NCBI RefSeq assembly: GCF_001194135.2
Contig: NC_068999.1
Coordinates: 48,559,145 to 48,622,791 of the forward strand
Source: Octopus bimaculoides
Taxonomy: Eukaryota
Direction of reading: 5' to 3'
Length of the DNA stretch: 63,647 nt
This document shows, in pieces, positions 24,875-37,572 of the stretch. The notes under the pieces were generated by a model. The model saw only the letters and a program-made list of their open reading frames with translations, was not told the DNA's origin and did not search any database. The position numbers and the translations under genes are program-made. Numbering within the stretch: position 1 is the stretch's first letter; each line of letters starts with the position of its first letter.

Positions 24875-26884
24875 CATTGAAATATATTTAATGTTTCTCT
24901 GTATAAGTTTGGTGTAAAACCTCATTAGCAAAGAATCACGTTCACTGCCAAAATACCAGAAAACAACTTCCAGACAAAAAAACACAGGGGAAAAAGCGAT
25001 GAGNNNNNNNNNNNNNNNNNNNNNNNNNNNNNNNNNNNNNNNNNNNNNNNNNNNNNNNNNNNNNNNNNNNNNNNNNNNNNNNNNNNNNNNNNNNNNNNNN
25101 NNNNNNNNNNNNNNNNNNNNNNNNNNNNNNNNNNNNNNNNNNNNNNNNNNNNNNNNNNNNNNNNNNNNNNNNNNNNNNNATTTGAAACGGTCCACTGACG
25201 AAATCTTTCAATATACATGTGGAAAAAAAAACAGAAAGAAAAGGAAACTTTTTAAGTTATAAGAATAAAACAACTATTTAATATGTTTCATACCTATGAA
25301 AGACATACATACATACGCATATATATATATATATATATATACACACTCGTTTATGTACTTGTTTTTAATTGGCAAAATATGACCATCCGCAAATATAATA
25401 CACACACACACGACGGCCATCTTTCACTTTTCGTCAACCAAATCCACTCACAAGGCTTTGGTCGACCCGATGCTATAATAGAAGAAGACACTCGGCCAGG
25501 CTGCCAAACTGTGGGATTGAACTCAGAATCATGTGGTAAGGAAGGTGAATTTCTTAAAAGACCAGCTCTTGGGAAAGATCGATCCGGTTCAAAGAGTAAG
25601 TCTATGGAATTAGAGGCCAAATTATATTAGGGCTGGTAAACAAAATTACCTCTAATTTTTATATTATAGATGTGGGCAGAAATTTGGTTGTGTCCAAATT
25701 TTGGCATTTTTTGAAAATTATGTGTACATCAATGGAAGGAATCTTCTGTTTCAAAAAATTCCATTTTAGTCTCGGAAACTTTTTATGCGCATATTTTTAT
25801 TCTTTGTGCGATAGTCGTAAAATATGTGTGGGCGTGCACAAGCGCACAAGCTTTGCAAGAACATCGGCGAGAAGCATCAATGTTCACCACCTCTAATATA
25901 TGCTACTGTTACTGTTTAGCCCCAGGTCAAGGTTAATACAGTAGATCTATGATCAAAGATTCTCCGGGCGAACTTTATGTGTGTCTTGAAGTATATTTTC
26001 TAATGTGTCATCTCTTATGGTGTGTGTGTGTGTGTGTGTAATACGTTTATGCCTTTGAATTACAAGGGAATTAGGCTGCTATTTCTAGCAGGTCGTGTAG
26101 ATGTTCCCTTGTTGGCTCAGGTTAAAAAATATCTCGAGTAACTGTGCTTGGTAGAGCCTAAGACACTGGAAGCCATACCTCTTACTTCCTCCCAATTGTC
26201 ATGCGCGTACAGTGTTGGCGGTGGAGTTCATTCATCAGTTATTGTATTTATTAAAATTGTTATTATTGAGAATTGCTGATAGGGAAATACACCAAGGGAC
26301 ATCTACTGTACTATTTTCAAACCGTGTCTATTTGGAATAAATTTTTAAGACAGTGATAAGGGCTATCTCTGTTGTCCTATTGTTTGTGACAACATTAAAC
26401 ACTTCGTACAGTTATGTAAATAAAATATAACAGAATTAGAAAATTTATCAGCCTCTTACCTTCAGGAAGTAGACACTTAAAGATGTTAATAACTGACTGT
26501 CAGTCATACGTGTTATTTTGTAAGTAGATCTTTCAAATGTTTATTTTTCGGTCACTCGTAATTTTCATCTCTGCGATTTATAGAAAAAGAAAGGGGAGGG
26601 AAGGAATTCGTCGTCTCTTCTCTTGCGAAGAAATCATCACTTTTCTAATGACGAGCAAATTTAATAGATTTTTGGAAAATATATAATTAATTAAAATATA
26701 TATATTTATATAGACTGAACGGTTTCTTAATTTATTTAGATGTGTCATTGTAAATATATATATATATATATTTAAATCGTTCTATCGTCTGCGATAATGC
26801 TGCAATGCTGGCCACTTTCTAATTAAGCATTTAAACATTGAAACCGTATGCGTTATAATTTGTAATTAGAACATATAAATATGA

Positions 26885-27182
26885 TGGACTCTCCCTTCGA
26901 AGATGACGTATGAGCTTTCAGCTTTTGCCAAAAGACCTGCACAAATGATTTGTTTATGGGGATCAAATATAAGGGCCGCACATTAGCTCACGCTCTTCAT
27001 CAAATCGATGTTACCTGAACAGGTGTACTGTGCATCAGGTGTCGAAGTGATCGTAGAGCAACGTGAGATGGATGTGTTTTGCTCAAGAACACAGCGCACC
27101 AACTGCTTGTCGAAGGAATTGAAACCACGATCTAGCGATCATGAGTGCAACACCCTAAACACTAAACTATGAGCCCTCACTA
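26885..27182 (-). mobile_element. tRNA-derived SINE (family C2); second copy at 42172-42462 (+)
   Basis: The two copies align in opposite orientation (TTGAGCAAAACAC, GTCGATTTGATG, CAAATCATTTGT, TCTTCGA..GGGAGAGTC). Confidence 0.75.
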
Positions 27183-27422
27183 TGTGTGTGTGTGTATATT
27201 CGTATGTGTATATGTATGTATGTATGTATAACCTTGTCGCAAAACGGTAGAAGTGCATAGAGTCTAATGTATCATGCTCACATATAAGCATATATATATA
27301 TATATCTCACACGCACACACACACACACATATATATCACATACATATATAGAGAGATTTGCATGCATGTATAATATTTATATAGATACATGTGTGCGTAT
27401 GCGCGCGCTATACATTATATAC

Positions 27423-27493
<71 letters not shown>

Positions 27494-29182
27494 CATACAT
27501 ACAACATACATATATGTATATAACGATATATAAGGAAGTTGTGTGGGTGTGAATGTGTAGGTGTGTGTATATGGGTTTGGGTGTGTGGGTTTGAATGCAA
27601 GCATAATACAAGCAAGATGGTGTACAACTGTATATGATATACGACTATCAACCCATAGGTCTTCTGGTTGTTGTTTATAACAGATCCAGGTCAACCGCGT
27701 TTACGTAGGTTTACGCTTAAACACGTTCTAACCGTGACCATCCTGTCTTTTCTTTTAAGAATATTTAGGACTACATTATTTAATGCGCTCTATCCTTGAT
27801 TAAGATGTTATACTGTGATTGAGGGATACTTGGCTGCCGTTTCTAGCAGACGGGTCAACCCACCGTATAGAGAATTCCTCGTTAGCTCGCGAGTAATGAG
27901 TTCAAGTCCAACTGGAGTGTTTCGCTGATTGTAGTATTTTACCAATGTGTGTGTTTGTTTGTGTGTGTGTGTGTGTGTGTGTAGGCTACAATTCATTTAG
28001 CTCACTAGAACGGTTATCAGATCTTGTGGGGAGTCTATCCGAGACAAAACTGTTGTCCTCTCTCAGGGGACATGTATCAGTCAGTCACTTAACACTTGCA
28101 AGGCGAGGACAAAGCCATGATCTTTTAAAGGCTTAGGAGACATATTTCATTTTACATGCATATATTGATCGATTGATTGAGAGATTGATCGATTGATTGG
28201 CTGATCGACTGATTGATTGATTGCGTGAGTGATGGATGGATGGACATTAATGTAACGAAATAACTGGCTAGATGGATGGTTAGATAGGTGGGTTGATGGA
28301 TAGATGAAAGAGTAGTTGGATATTTGGTTAAATGGATTGATGGATCGATGAATGAATGAATGAATGGATGAATGGATGGATGGATCGTTAGATAGATGAG
28401 CAAAGATTCAACAAAAGAAACCCAAGTTGATCTCTCAAACCAAGAATAATAGCAGTCAAATTTCCCTCACATATATCATACTATACCATTATAATAAAAC
28501 AGGAAGGACAAGCAAGCGTGACCCCCACCCTATAAAAGACAGGACAGTCGTGACTGGAACTCTTTGCGGTTAAACAATAACAACAAACAACAAAAAACAA
28601 CAAAGACACAAACGAACGAAAATACAAAGAGCCTTAGTAACATACAAGCACAGCCTGGGCTCGATGGGCCGCCAAATTTTTCTTGATAATAAAATCAGAC
28701 ATCGTGTGGCCTTTGAGGTTGTTAATCAAACTCAGAGAACACACATCACATGAATTATGTATAGATAATGGTACGAGATGGGTGTCCTATCTGACTGTGT
28801 TGATAGGATGCTAGTGTGTCAACCGGTCGAGTAGTCCATATTGCATGTTTTTGATATAGCCACGGCGCTGTGTGCCCGGCAACAGACACTTGATTTACTC
28901 GCAACGACACAAAAACTATCCATGTGGACGTTTCGGCTGCTAGAAATACCAGGCAAATCTCTTCCAAACCACTTCATAGCGTCTTTCAACATAGGGACCG
29001 CTGGCAAATGTGTCTCTAGATATACGTGTTGTCCGAGATACAAATGAACATCAGGATGGTCGCGATTGAAACACCGGAACGCCAGAATGCTGGAATGCTG
29101 AAATACGGTCCATTTAGTTTGAATGCTAATCGAGGCGTGACTGGATGAAGGACACCACAAACTATTGAATCTTCCGTTAAAG

Positions 29183-30091
29183 TAGAGTTTCTCAACCATG
29201 TTTTACCTATGGAACCCTTCGGTTCCTATTTTACCCTACTCGTTCCCATAAACGCTTGATATTTGTTTAAAAAAAAGTCCCATTATTACAGGAGTGGTTG
29301 TGTGGTAAGTAGCTTGCTTACCAACCACATGGTTCCGGGTTCAGTCTCATTGCGTGGCATCTTGGGTAAGTGTCTTCTACTATAGCCTCGGGCCGACCAA
29401 AGCCCTTGTGATGGATTTGGTAGACGGAAACTGAAAGAAGCCCATCGTATATATATATATATATATATACGTATGCGTGTGTATAAGTTTATGTGTCTGT
29501 GTTTGTCCTCCTAACATTGCTTGACAACCGATGCTGGTGTGTTTATGTCCCCGTAAGATAGCGGTTCGGCAAAAGAAACAGAGAGAATAAGTACTAGGCT
29601 TGCAAAGGATAAGCCCTGGGGTCGATTTGCTCGACTAAAGGCAGCGTTCCAGTATGGCCGCAGTCAAGTAAAAGAATAAAAATATTGACTTCGAATTTTG
29701 GCACAAGGCCAGAGAAGTGGGTAAGTCCATTGCATCCATCCACAGTACGCAACTGGTACTTATTTCATCGAACCTGAAAGGACGAAAAAGAAAGTCGACC
29801 TCGGCGAAATTTGAACTCAGAACGTAAAGATGGACGAAATACCATCAAGCCTTTTGCACAGCGTGCTAACGACTCTGCCAGCTTGTCACCTTATTTTGGT
29901 AATTACATATTATTAGGAACTGTATGAAAAAATGAAAGGTTGAAATATCTTGCGTGTTGTAGAAGTATAACCAATTTATTGCAGATAAAATTTTAAGAAC
30001 GAGATTTTATGTGGAATCTAAAGGGTCACGTGGAACACGAAAGGTCATGTGGAACACGAAGGGTCATGTGAACTCCGTTTGAGAACCACTT
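29183..30091. mobile_element. hAT MITE expanded by nested SINE B and SINE A insertions
   Basis: Ends TAGAGTTTCTCAA / TTGAGAACCACTT; TSD CGTTAAAG / TGTTAATG (6/8); three ~20-bp subterminal repeats at 30021-30072. Confidence 0.55.
29288..29682 (+). mobile_element. Full-length tRNA-derived SINE family B (CORE-like CCTTGGGCAAG-type centre; possibly related to the octopus OK/OR SINEs)
   Basis: Head GGAGTGGTTGTGTGG...GGGTTCAGTC, internal microsatellite, and tail GGGGTCGATTTG...CATGGCCGCAGTC..GTAAAAGA. Family naming is inference. Confidence 0.85.
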
Positions 30092-30954
30092 TGTTAATGA
30101 ATGATAATCAGGGGAACAAATTGACTGTTGATGGTCAACATCGAGACGAATCGGTTGGATACATATGAACTGTTGTGTTTGTTTGTGTGTGTGTGTGTGT
30201 TTGCGTACGTGTGTGCGTGTGTACATTTTCTCATACCTTAGAAAAGAAAGAAGCATTTAGCGTGTGGTCAGCGATCAAACTTTATACATACATACAAACA
30301 TACATGAATACATAGATATTTTATTTGTATATGTGCACACACACACACGCACACACACACATGCATATTTATATACATACTCAGACACGCATACAAACAT
30401 AGACATACGCGTGAGTAGATGTGTTCACGTGCATACGCATATGTGTCTGTGCATAATCGAACTTAGACAAAGAATAAAAAGGCCAGAGAAGCTGTCCAGC
30501 AGTTAAAAATAGACGTTAACAACAACAACAGCAACACACATACATTCAATATAATCTATGTCAAACTTAGTGGGACTAATATGTTCCAGTTGTTCTTCTT
30601 GATGTCCTATAGATGTTCCAACACGTCGTCCCACAGATAAAGAATTCATGGAACGCGTCATTAAACGCAACGCGTCATTTTGGTCGATCCTCAAATGATA
30701 TGGTGGCACCATAAACGCACGAGCGTGTTAGATGCAACCCCGATTTCAGCAGCGTACATTCAGAAAAAATAAGTTTTGAACACATTAGACCTTTCACTAC
30801 AAAATTAAATTTTATGCTTATTCCAGTAATGATTTTAAATATTTACAAAAAAGAAAAGAAAAAAAAAGGGTATTTTCTGCAAGTCACGTTGCCCCCAATA
30901 AATTTGACATGTCTCAGCGGAAAATAATTTCAAACGTGACATTACTCAACAAAA

Positions 30955-31560
30955 AATAGATTTCAAATTTTGACACAAGACCAGCAATTTCGAGGAGAGT
31001 GTTTAAGTAGATAACATCGACCCTGGTGTTCAACTGGTATTTATTTTATCGACTCCGAAAGGGATGAAAGGTGAAGTCGACCTCGGCGGACTTTGAACTC
31101 AAAACGTAAAGACTGGCAAAATACCAGTAAGCATTCTGCTCAGCGTACTAACAATTCTGCCAGCTTTCTGCCTTATCCTCATCAAAGATAGATTGGTGAT
31201 TAAAACTGCTTTTCACAGTTAAGGGTAATGGAATTTTGGATTATTTTATCTAATTTCCGAAGTAAAAGGGCAAAGCTTGTACTATTGGACCAACTTCGCA
31301 TATAGGGTCTGGGGTAATGTTTTGAGACATTGGGGTGAAGGAATATGTCTTATATGCCATTTAAGATGGTAGTTATTGGTGAATTGGTAGGTTCGTTAGG
31401 GTACTCTACGTTCTGAGCTTAAACCCTACCGAGATCATCACCTTTTGTTTTTCTTTCTTTCTGAGGTCCAAGAAATAAATTACCGGTTTAATAATATGCG
31501 GTCGATATAAAGGAATGGTGTCTGCACAAGCTGAGGTTTTGTTCCTATGTTAGAAATCAG
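30955..31560. mobile_element. SINE A copies (- 30955-31176; + ~31370-31560 degraded)
   Basis: Family A motifs. Confidence 0.7.
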
Positions 31561-31663
31561 TTATTGGTGCACTAATCGAACTATGATCGAAGTAAAAGAA
31601 CAGAGTGCAACAGGCAGCGATAGGCGACGACCAGAAAGATCTACATATCTATCTATATAGCTA

Positions 31664-31774
<111 letters not shown>

Positions 31775-31943
31775 AAGTATGATAAACACAAGATGTGGTT
31801 TATAAACTCACCAGTTACAGATATACATGTAACTATACAAAAGAATATGTGTGTATAAAGAGAGAAGGGGTGGGAGGCAAGGAGGGAAAGAGAAGAGGGA
31901 GCAAGTGAGACAGACAGACAGATAGACAAACAGACAGACAGAC

Positions 31944-32003
<60 letters not shown>

Positions 32004-32376
32004 GTTGATATGGATGCAGAATGTGTGTGTGTACCGGAAGAAAGAGGGGGAGAGAGAGAAATAGACGAAAATGAAGGGAAGCGAATTAGAGAAAATCCGA
32101 AAAGATCACGAGTAAGACAGAAGAGAAGAAAATAAACCAATGACCAACGGAGTTGGCCAAAAGAAAAGCAACTGAGAAGCAGAAACCAAACAATTTTAAC
32201 TTCTCTTGAAGATGGATATCCCCGTCTTCCCTTCATTAGGATAAATTGCAGCTAAACACTCTTTGATAAATACCTCTAATTAGGAAGTGCCTGGTAAATA
32301 ATTAATTTTACTAATTTGTCATACTTGAATGAGATAAATGAAATATTGCAACAGAAATCAGACGAGTGTTAGACAT

Positions 32377-32391
32377 CCGGAAGTGACGTCA
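32377..32391 (+). promoter_or_regulatory. Overlapping ETS-CRE composite motif CCGGAAGTGACGTCA
   Basis: Exact 15-bp match to the known ETS/CRE composite; function here unproven. Confidence 0.3.
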
Positions 32392-33469
32392 AAAGAACTA
32401 AGCACAAACTACCACAATGGTCTTACACAAGACATTAACGAGTCACTGACGGATCCTCTAGGTGGTCATATGACCTGCTAGAAATGTCAACCAGCTTGCT
32501 TCAAATTAGACCCGCTACCATCTTGAAGCTGGAAGGACGCAACGTTGGTCTTGATTTGCAAAAAGACTGGATGACCAAAGTTGGAATGATCTGGATCATA
32601 GGTCAGCTCGATTTGTGATGATTCGGGGCTAAATAGTCAACTAATACAAGAAGAGACGTCATCAGAGTGCGGGATGAATATTTATTTATTTATTTATTCG
32701 TCTATTTTATTTTATTTTATTTTTTATAAGACAAGTGTGTAGACGACAGTGAGTGATGTCCCAAAATAACCTGTGATAGAATGGTCTGGAACCACGTATC
32801 TTCCTCTGGGCCCTCAAACACGTTTCCCACCTACATGATTCTTGCAATTCCTGTTGTACTGAGTATATATGTGTATTGGGGTGGGTGAGTGTTGTGTGTG
32901 TGTGTGTGTGTGTGTGCACGCGCGCGCGTCTTAGAGTTCCAAGTGCTGAAACATTTTTCAACAAAGGGGAGAGAATTTCAATGCAACCATTCGACCAGCT
33001 AAAAACGGCAGTCAAATCTTCATCAAATCACCTACTCTACCGGCTAGAATACTTTAGATCATGTGGTTTTGGAAGAGCACTGGGCCTGGGGAAAAGGCGT
33101 TGTGGTCAGAACTGGACTGCCTTTCAATATAAACCTGCCTGATCCTAATGAGGGCAAAACAACAATAACGTTGTTAAGAATGACAAGCTATGTATGTGTG
33201 CGCATATATATGTCTATATACAAGTAAGTACATAATTGCAAAACAAGGTGGAAAAAAATAGTACTCAGATACTAAAGGTAGAGTAATATGCTTTTTATTA
33301 AAGCCGAAAAAAATCTTCACGAGCGGTAATGTGAAACTCTGAGTAACAGTTCGAGAAGATTTTGGGGGCTTTAAAAAAGGTGTGTAATGTAAGGACCCAG
33401 AACTGAATAACATGCAAGGTATTTATTTCGTCAGCCCACCTCCAACGATTCTGCCAATCAACTGTATAA

Positions 33470-33890
33470 TTGTTTTTTGAATTTGCTCACTGTCAGCGGT
33501 TTTGAGGGAGATTAAGTCAATTACATCAACTCCAGTGCTCAACTGGTACTTACTTTATCGACCCCAGAACGATAAAAGGCAAAGTCGACCGCGATGGAAT
33601 TTGAACTGAGAGCGTAAAGATCCAGGACTAAATACCACAAGGTATTTTGCTAGCCGCTTTAGCGATTCCACAAATCTTTTCTACTCTACGCACAAGGCCT
33701 GAAATTTTGGGTGAGTTGGAGTGGGGGAAGTCGATTAGATCGACCCCAGTACGCAAATGGTACTTAATTTATCGACCCCGAAAGGATGAAAGGTAAAGTC
33801 GACCTCGATGAAATTTGAACCCAAAGCATAAAGATCCAGAACTAAATACCGCAAGGTATTTTATCAGCCGCTTTAGCGATTCCACAAATC
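33470..33890 (-). mobile_element. Two tandem 5'-altered SINE A copies
   Basis: Family A body. Both copies end in the same atypical ~60-nt head. Confidence 0.8.
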
Positions 33891-34771
33891 TACTGAATTA
33901 ATAATATAAATTCACCAAAACGAACATGTATATCAAAAAAGAAAAAAAACATGTTTTCTTTTAAATGCATAACACAACTGTTCTCTAGTTTTTTTTTCAT
34001 CTTTATCTTATCAAAGCGTTCTCATATTTCCTTATTAATCGTTTATATTTTGTTTGGAACAATAAAATTCCAAGTTCGATCGACGTCTCCAGACCACCTC
34101 GGCCATCTTCTCTACACGAAGTGGTTTTTAATGGTATTGGCTATTGCCGTTTTATAACAGGCGAGGATCATGGGAATAACGTTGTATTAATGATTATGTC
34201 GTTATCGCTCCATTTACTGCTTTATTTTGTCTTTTTTTTACGGTTTTTATTTATGTATTTTTTATTAACATCAGGTTTCTTTCAGCAATCAGGAAATAGT
34301 TTGACCATGGTGACTGGTTCCAGTTTCCGCTAACGCTCACTATCTAATATTAAGTTTTGCATCGCATCATGGAAGCTATTAATATAGTCTTCCATGTTCG
34401 ACCGTCTAGCCTATTGCAGGGGTGAGGGGGGGGGGAGTCCGCACAAGACAACTCTGTCATCAAACAACGTTCCACCGCCAAGTTTTGCTCTGTTTTGTAC
34501 AATGTGTAACATTGCAATGGCTCCCTGCCGCAAACACCTCATTAACCGATAAGCTAGTGTGGTGCCTGTACTCCTAATACAACGCTGAAGAGTCATGAGA
34601 CTCGCAGCCTTAATGTTTGCATATGAAGACTAAATTGTATCATCCGTTTCATTAGAGAGTTTTTAGCTTTTCCATTTATATTATATCCTGCCACTCCCCC
34701 GCTTCCTCATTCTGCAACTAATTTTAATGCAGGCTACATTCGATTCATGGCGTTATTATTTTTGTTATTAG

Positions 34772-35212
34772 TTAGGCGGTGAGCTGGCTGGTTTCTTAGC
34801 GCCCAGACCAAACGCTTAGCGGTATTTCTTTGTTTTACGGTCCGTGCTTAAATTCCACCGAGGTCGACTTTGCATCTCATCCTTGCGGGGTCGATGAAAT
34901 AAGTACCAGTTACACACTGGGATCAACATAATCGACTTACCCGCTCCCCACATACTTCCAGGTCTTGTGCTTATAGTGGAAAGGATTATTATTATAAGTA
35001 AAGTAGTGAGCTGGCAGAATGCTTAGCACTTGGTCAAAATACTTAGCGGTACTTCCTTCGGCTTTACGTTCTGTGTTGAAATTCCGCCGAGGTCGACTTT
35101 GCCTTTCATCCTTTCGGGTTCGATAAAATAGGTCGCAGTTGAGTACTGGGGTCAATATAACCGACTGGCCCTCTCCTACAAACTTTCAGGCCTTGTGCCA
35201 AAATCTGAAATC
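34772..35212 (+). mobile_element. Two tandem SINE A copies
   Basis: Heads at ~34772 and ~35002, separated by an (ATT)n tail. Confidence 0.85.
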
Positions 35213-35247
35213 AGTCGGGCAATGGGATCGGTGAATGTTCTGCTTTA

Positions 35248-36290
35248 GAAATTTATAAAGGATTAGTGGCGAGGAAGTGCGATGATGTTCTCGGGGAGAC
35301 TCTGGGCGCCGACGAAAACGAACTGGCTAGTCTGTTCCGGAGGACTTTCCAGTCGAGAACTATCATGGATAATTTCCAGATGTCCNNNNNNNNNNNNNNN
35401 NNNNNNNNGGCCTGGCAGTGCTACTGTGGTGGGGGCGCTATCGGTTCAAGATAAACTCTACAGGCACGAATGTGTTGTCAGATTGGCTTGGCCGACGTGA
35501 GCGCAGAGTGACGAAACCGTTTTGCACGCACTCGTTCAGTGTCCGGGCATTGCTGACTTGTGGGGTTATGTCGAACAGCTGCTGCCGCGTGTGGGACGGG
35601 CCCGCCTGTCGGTCAAGTCCATAGTGATGATTGCCCCGCCACCCTCCTTTAATCAGACAGGCAAGGCAGCTTTCCTTTGCCTGGCGGCTGTGGTGAAAGA
35701 GGCTGAAAGGTACGAGGACAGATACTTTCTTCATTGGTAGAGGTATCATTGACTTTTTCAAGTTTCACTTCCAAAGGAAATTGAGGGTGGAGACGGAAGT
35801 GCTGTCCTCAAGTAAGGTTATTGAGGGTGGCGAGGGAAGTGCTATCCTCAAGTAAGGTTATTGAGGGTGGAGAGGGAAGTGCTGTCCTCAAGTAAGGTTA
35901 TTGAAAGGTGGGAAAATGGCAAGAGTGGATGGTACCTCTCTAAGTGTAGACCTGTGAGTTGGAGAAAGGGAATTGGAAGGGGCACTTGTTCTTGGTGTTC
36001 AGGGAGATCTTAGACAGTGGGGTTCTTCGATTATCCTTAGAGGTCATCCTGTATCAGGAGGTCTATATCTCTATCATCCCCCCCCCCTTTTTTTTCTTTT
36101 TTTAACTTTGTATACCATGTATAATTCCCTTCCTTTTCATTGTTCACCGAGTATACTTACCTTGTTTTTTTATTATTATTATTTTATCACTTCATTATAT
36201 GTAAATCCTTACATTTTGTGTCTGACTTTGTATTGTCCCCCTCATCCACTCTGGTGGCAAATAAATGAATTCATTATTATTATTATTCTT
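35248..36290 (+). mobile_element. 5'-truncated L1/Tx1-clade LINE (zf-RVT region to 3' end)
   Basis: LAWQCY.GALSVQDKLYRH...AQSDETVLHALVQCPGIADLWGYVEQLL (zf-RVT-like). ORF end MARVDGTSLSVDL* (TGA 35955-35957), AATAAA at 36260 and an (ATT)n tail. Confidence 0.75.
35781..35900. repeat. 40-bp triplication inside the Tx1 ORF2 end
   Basis: TTGAGGGTGG... recurs at 35781, 35821 and 35861. Confidence 0.9.
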
Positions 36291-36519
36291 TTACTTCTCA
36301 GAATGCTCTGTCTTGTTTGTTCTGGTAGATCTTGTGAGAGTGGACAGCAGCTTGCTGTCAGAGGTCTCACATCATCATCATCCTCCTCCTCATCATCATC
36401 ATCATCATCGTTATTATTATTATTATTATTATTACTATTATTCACGGCAGCGAGTTGGCAGAAACGTTAGCACGTTGGACAAGAATGCCTATCGGTATTC
36501 CGTCTACCTTTACGTTCAA

Positions 36520-37175
36520 ATTTCAGTATTCTTATTTTTATCACGTGCTTTCATTACACTACAGAGTGCAGCTCTGTGTGCCTTCGATATGTGCTGTGGT
36601 TTGTTATTTTTACTGTATTGAAAGTGTTTTGCGTAGGATGTGTGCGGTGCCTAGTCGTGCTGTTTTCTGTGTGTTAAATATACTTGTAAGTCCTGGTGTT
36701 TTTGTTATGTATTTGTCTGAATGTTTTTTATCATACGTAATGCGCTTACTATAATAGGAATTGTTTCTGTTTTTAGACTCCACATTCGAATTACCTCTAT
36801 TTCCAGATTTTTGTATTTTGAAATTTTCTCCGTTTCCTTTAGAGAAACGTTGTCATTTGCTTGTATTGATACATCGATTAGAAAGCATGTTTTTTTCTTG
36901 GTGATCCTTATTAGCCTGGATTTTTTCTCTATCTGTGTGTATTGGCATATCCCAGTGTATGGTTGCTTTCTCATTTTTTGTGACCGTTTCTGGTCTGTGC
37001 CTATACCATCTTTTTTCTGTTGTTATTCCACAGTGTTGGCATAACATCCAGTGTATAAAGGTCCCAACTCTGTCGTGCCTGTGAATATATTCTTTCTTAG
37101 CCAGAACAGGGAGAGCCAGAGACAATATGATTCATCGTTTCTTCTCCATCACCACATATTCTGCAGTTACTTGTT
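36520..37175 (-). mobile_element. R4/Dong-clade retrotransposon 3' fragment (CCHC knuckle + RLE + 3'UTR)
   Basis: CRICGDGEETMNHIVSGSPVLAKKEYIHRHDRV...WDMPIHTDRE / CFLIDVSI..KETEKISKYKNLEIEV...HILRKTLSIQ* (TAA 36612-36610). Confidence 0.85.
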
Positions 37176-37548
37176 TATTATTACCTCCGCCTTCGCTAAG
37201 GCGGAGGTATTGTGTCAGTCGTGTTTGTTTGTTTGTTTGTCTGTGGACAAGATATCTCAAGAACCCCTGGATGGATCCGGATGAAACTTTCAGGGATGAT
37301 TGGCCTCGTGACTGGTACGAACTGATTAGATGTTGTGATCGATTCGGTACCGGACAAGGATTCTGGATTATTTTTCCTGTCTTTTTACTTAAATTTTGAG
37401 AGCAGTCGGATTCATTTTTAGTATTCTCGTTTGTGAGAGCAGTCGAGTTTATTTCAGATATTCTCATCTTAAAAATCATCTCTGGCTAATCGTTGAGAGG
37501 ATGTCGGTGTTGCATTGGCAGAGGTTTGTGCTCTCTGAGTGCTCTTAT
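37176..37548 (+). mobile_element. Non-autonomous Helentron/DINE-1-like element
   Basis: 5' subTIR TTATTACCTCCGCC inside a perfect 12-bp hairpin (37182-37209), a (GTTT)n microsatellite, a 3' subTIR GGCAGAGGT (37517-37525), a short 3' stem-loop GTGCTC-TCT-GAGTGC and T-rich flanks. Confidence 0.7.
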
Positions 37549-37572
37549 TATCATTATTATTATTATTATTAT

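Noticed and set aside
36443-36620. R4/Dong as the mobilising partner of SINE A
   Set aside because: The Dong 3'UTR and SINE A tail show no visible similarity, and SINE flanks are ATT on the sense strand, opposite to the TAA target reported for Dong.
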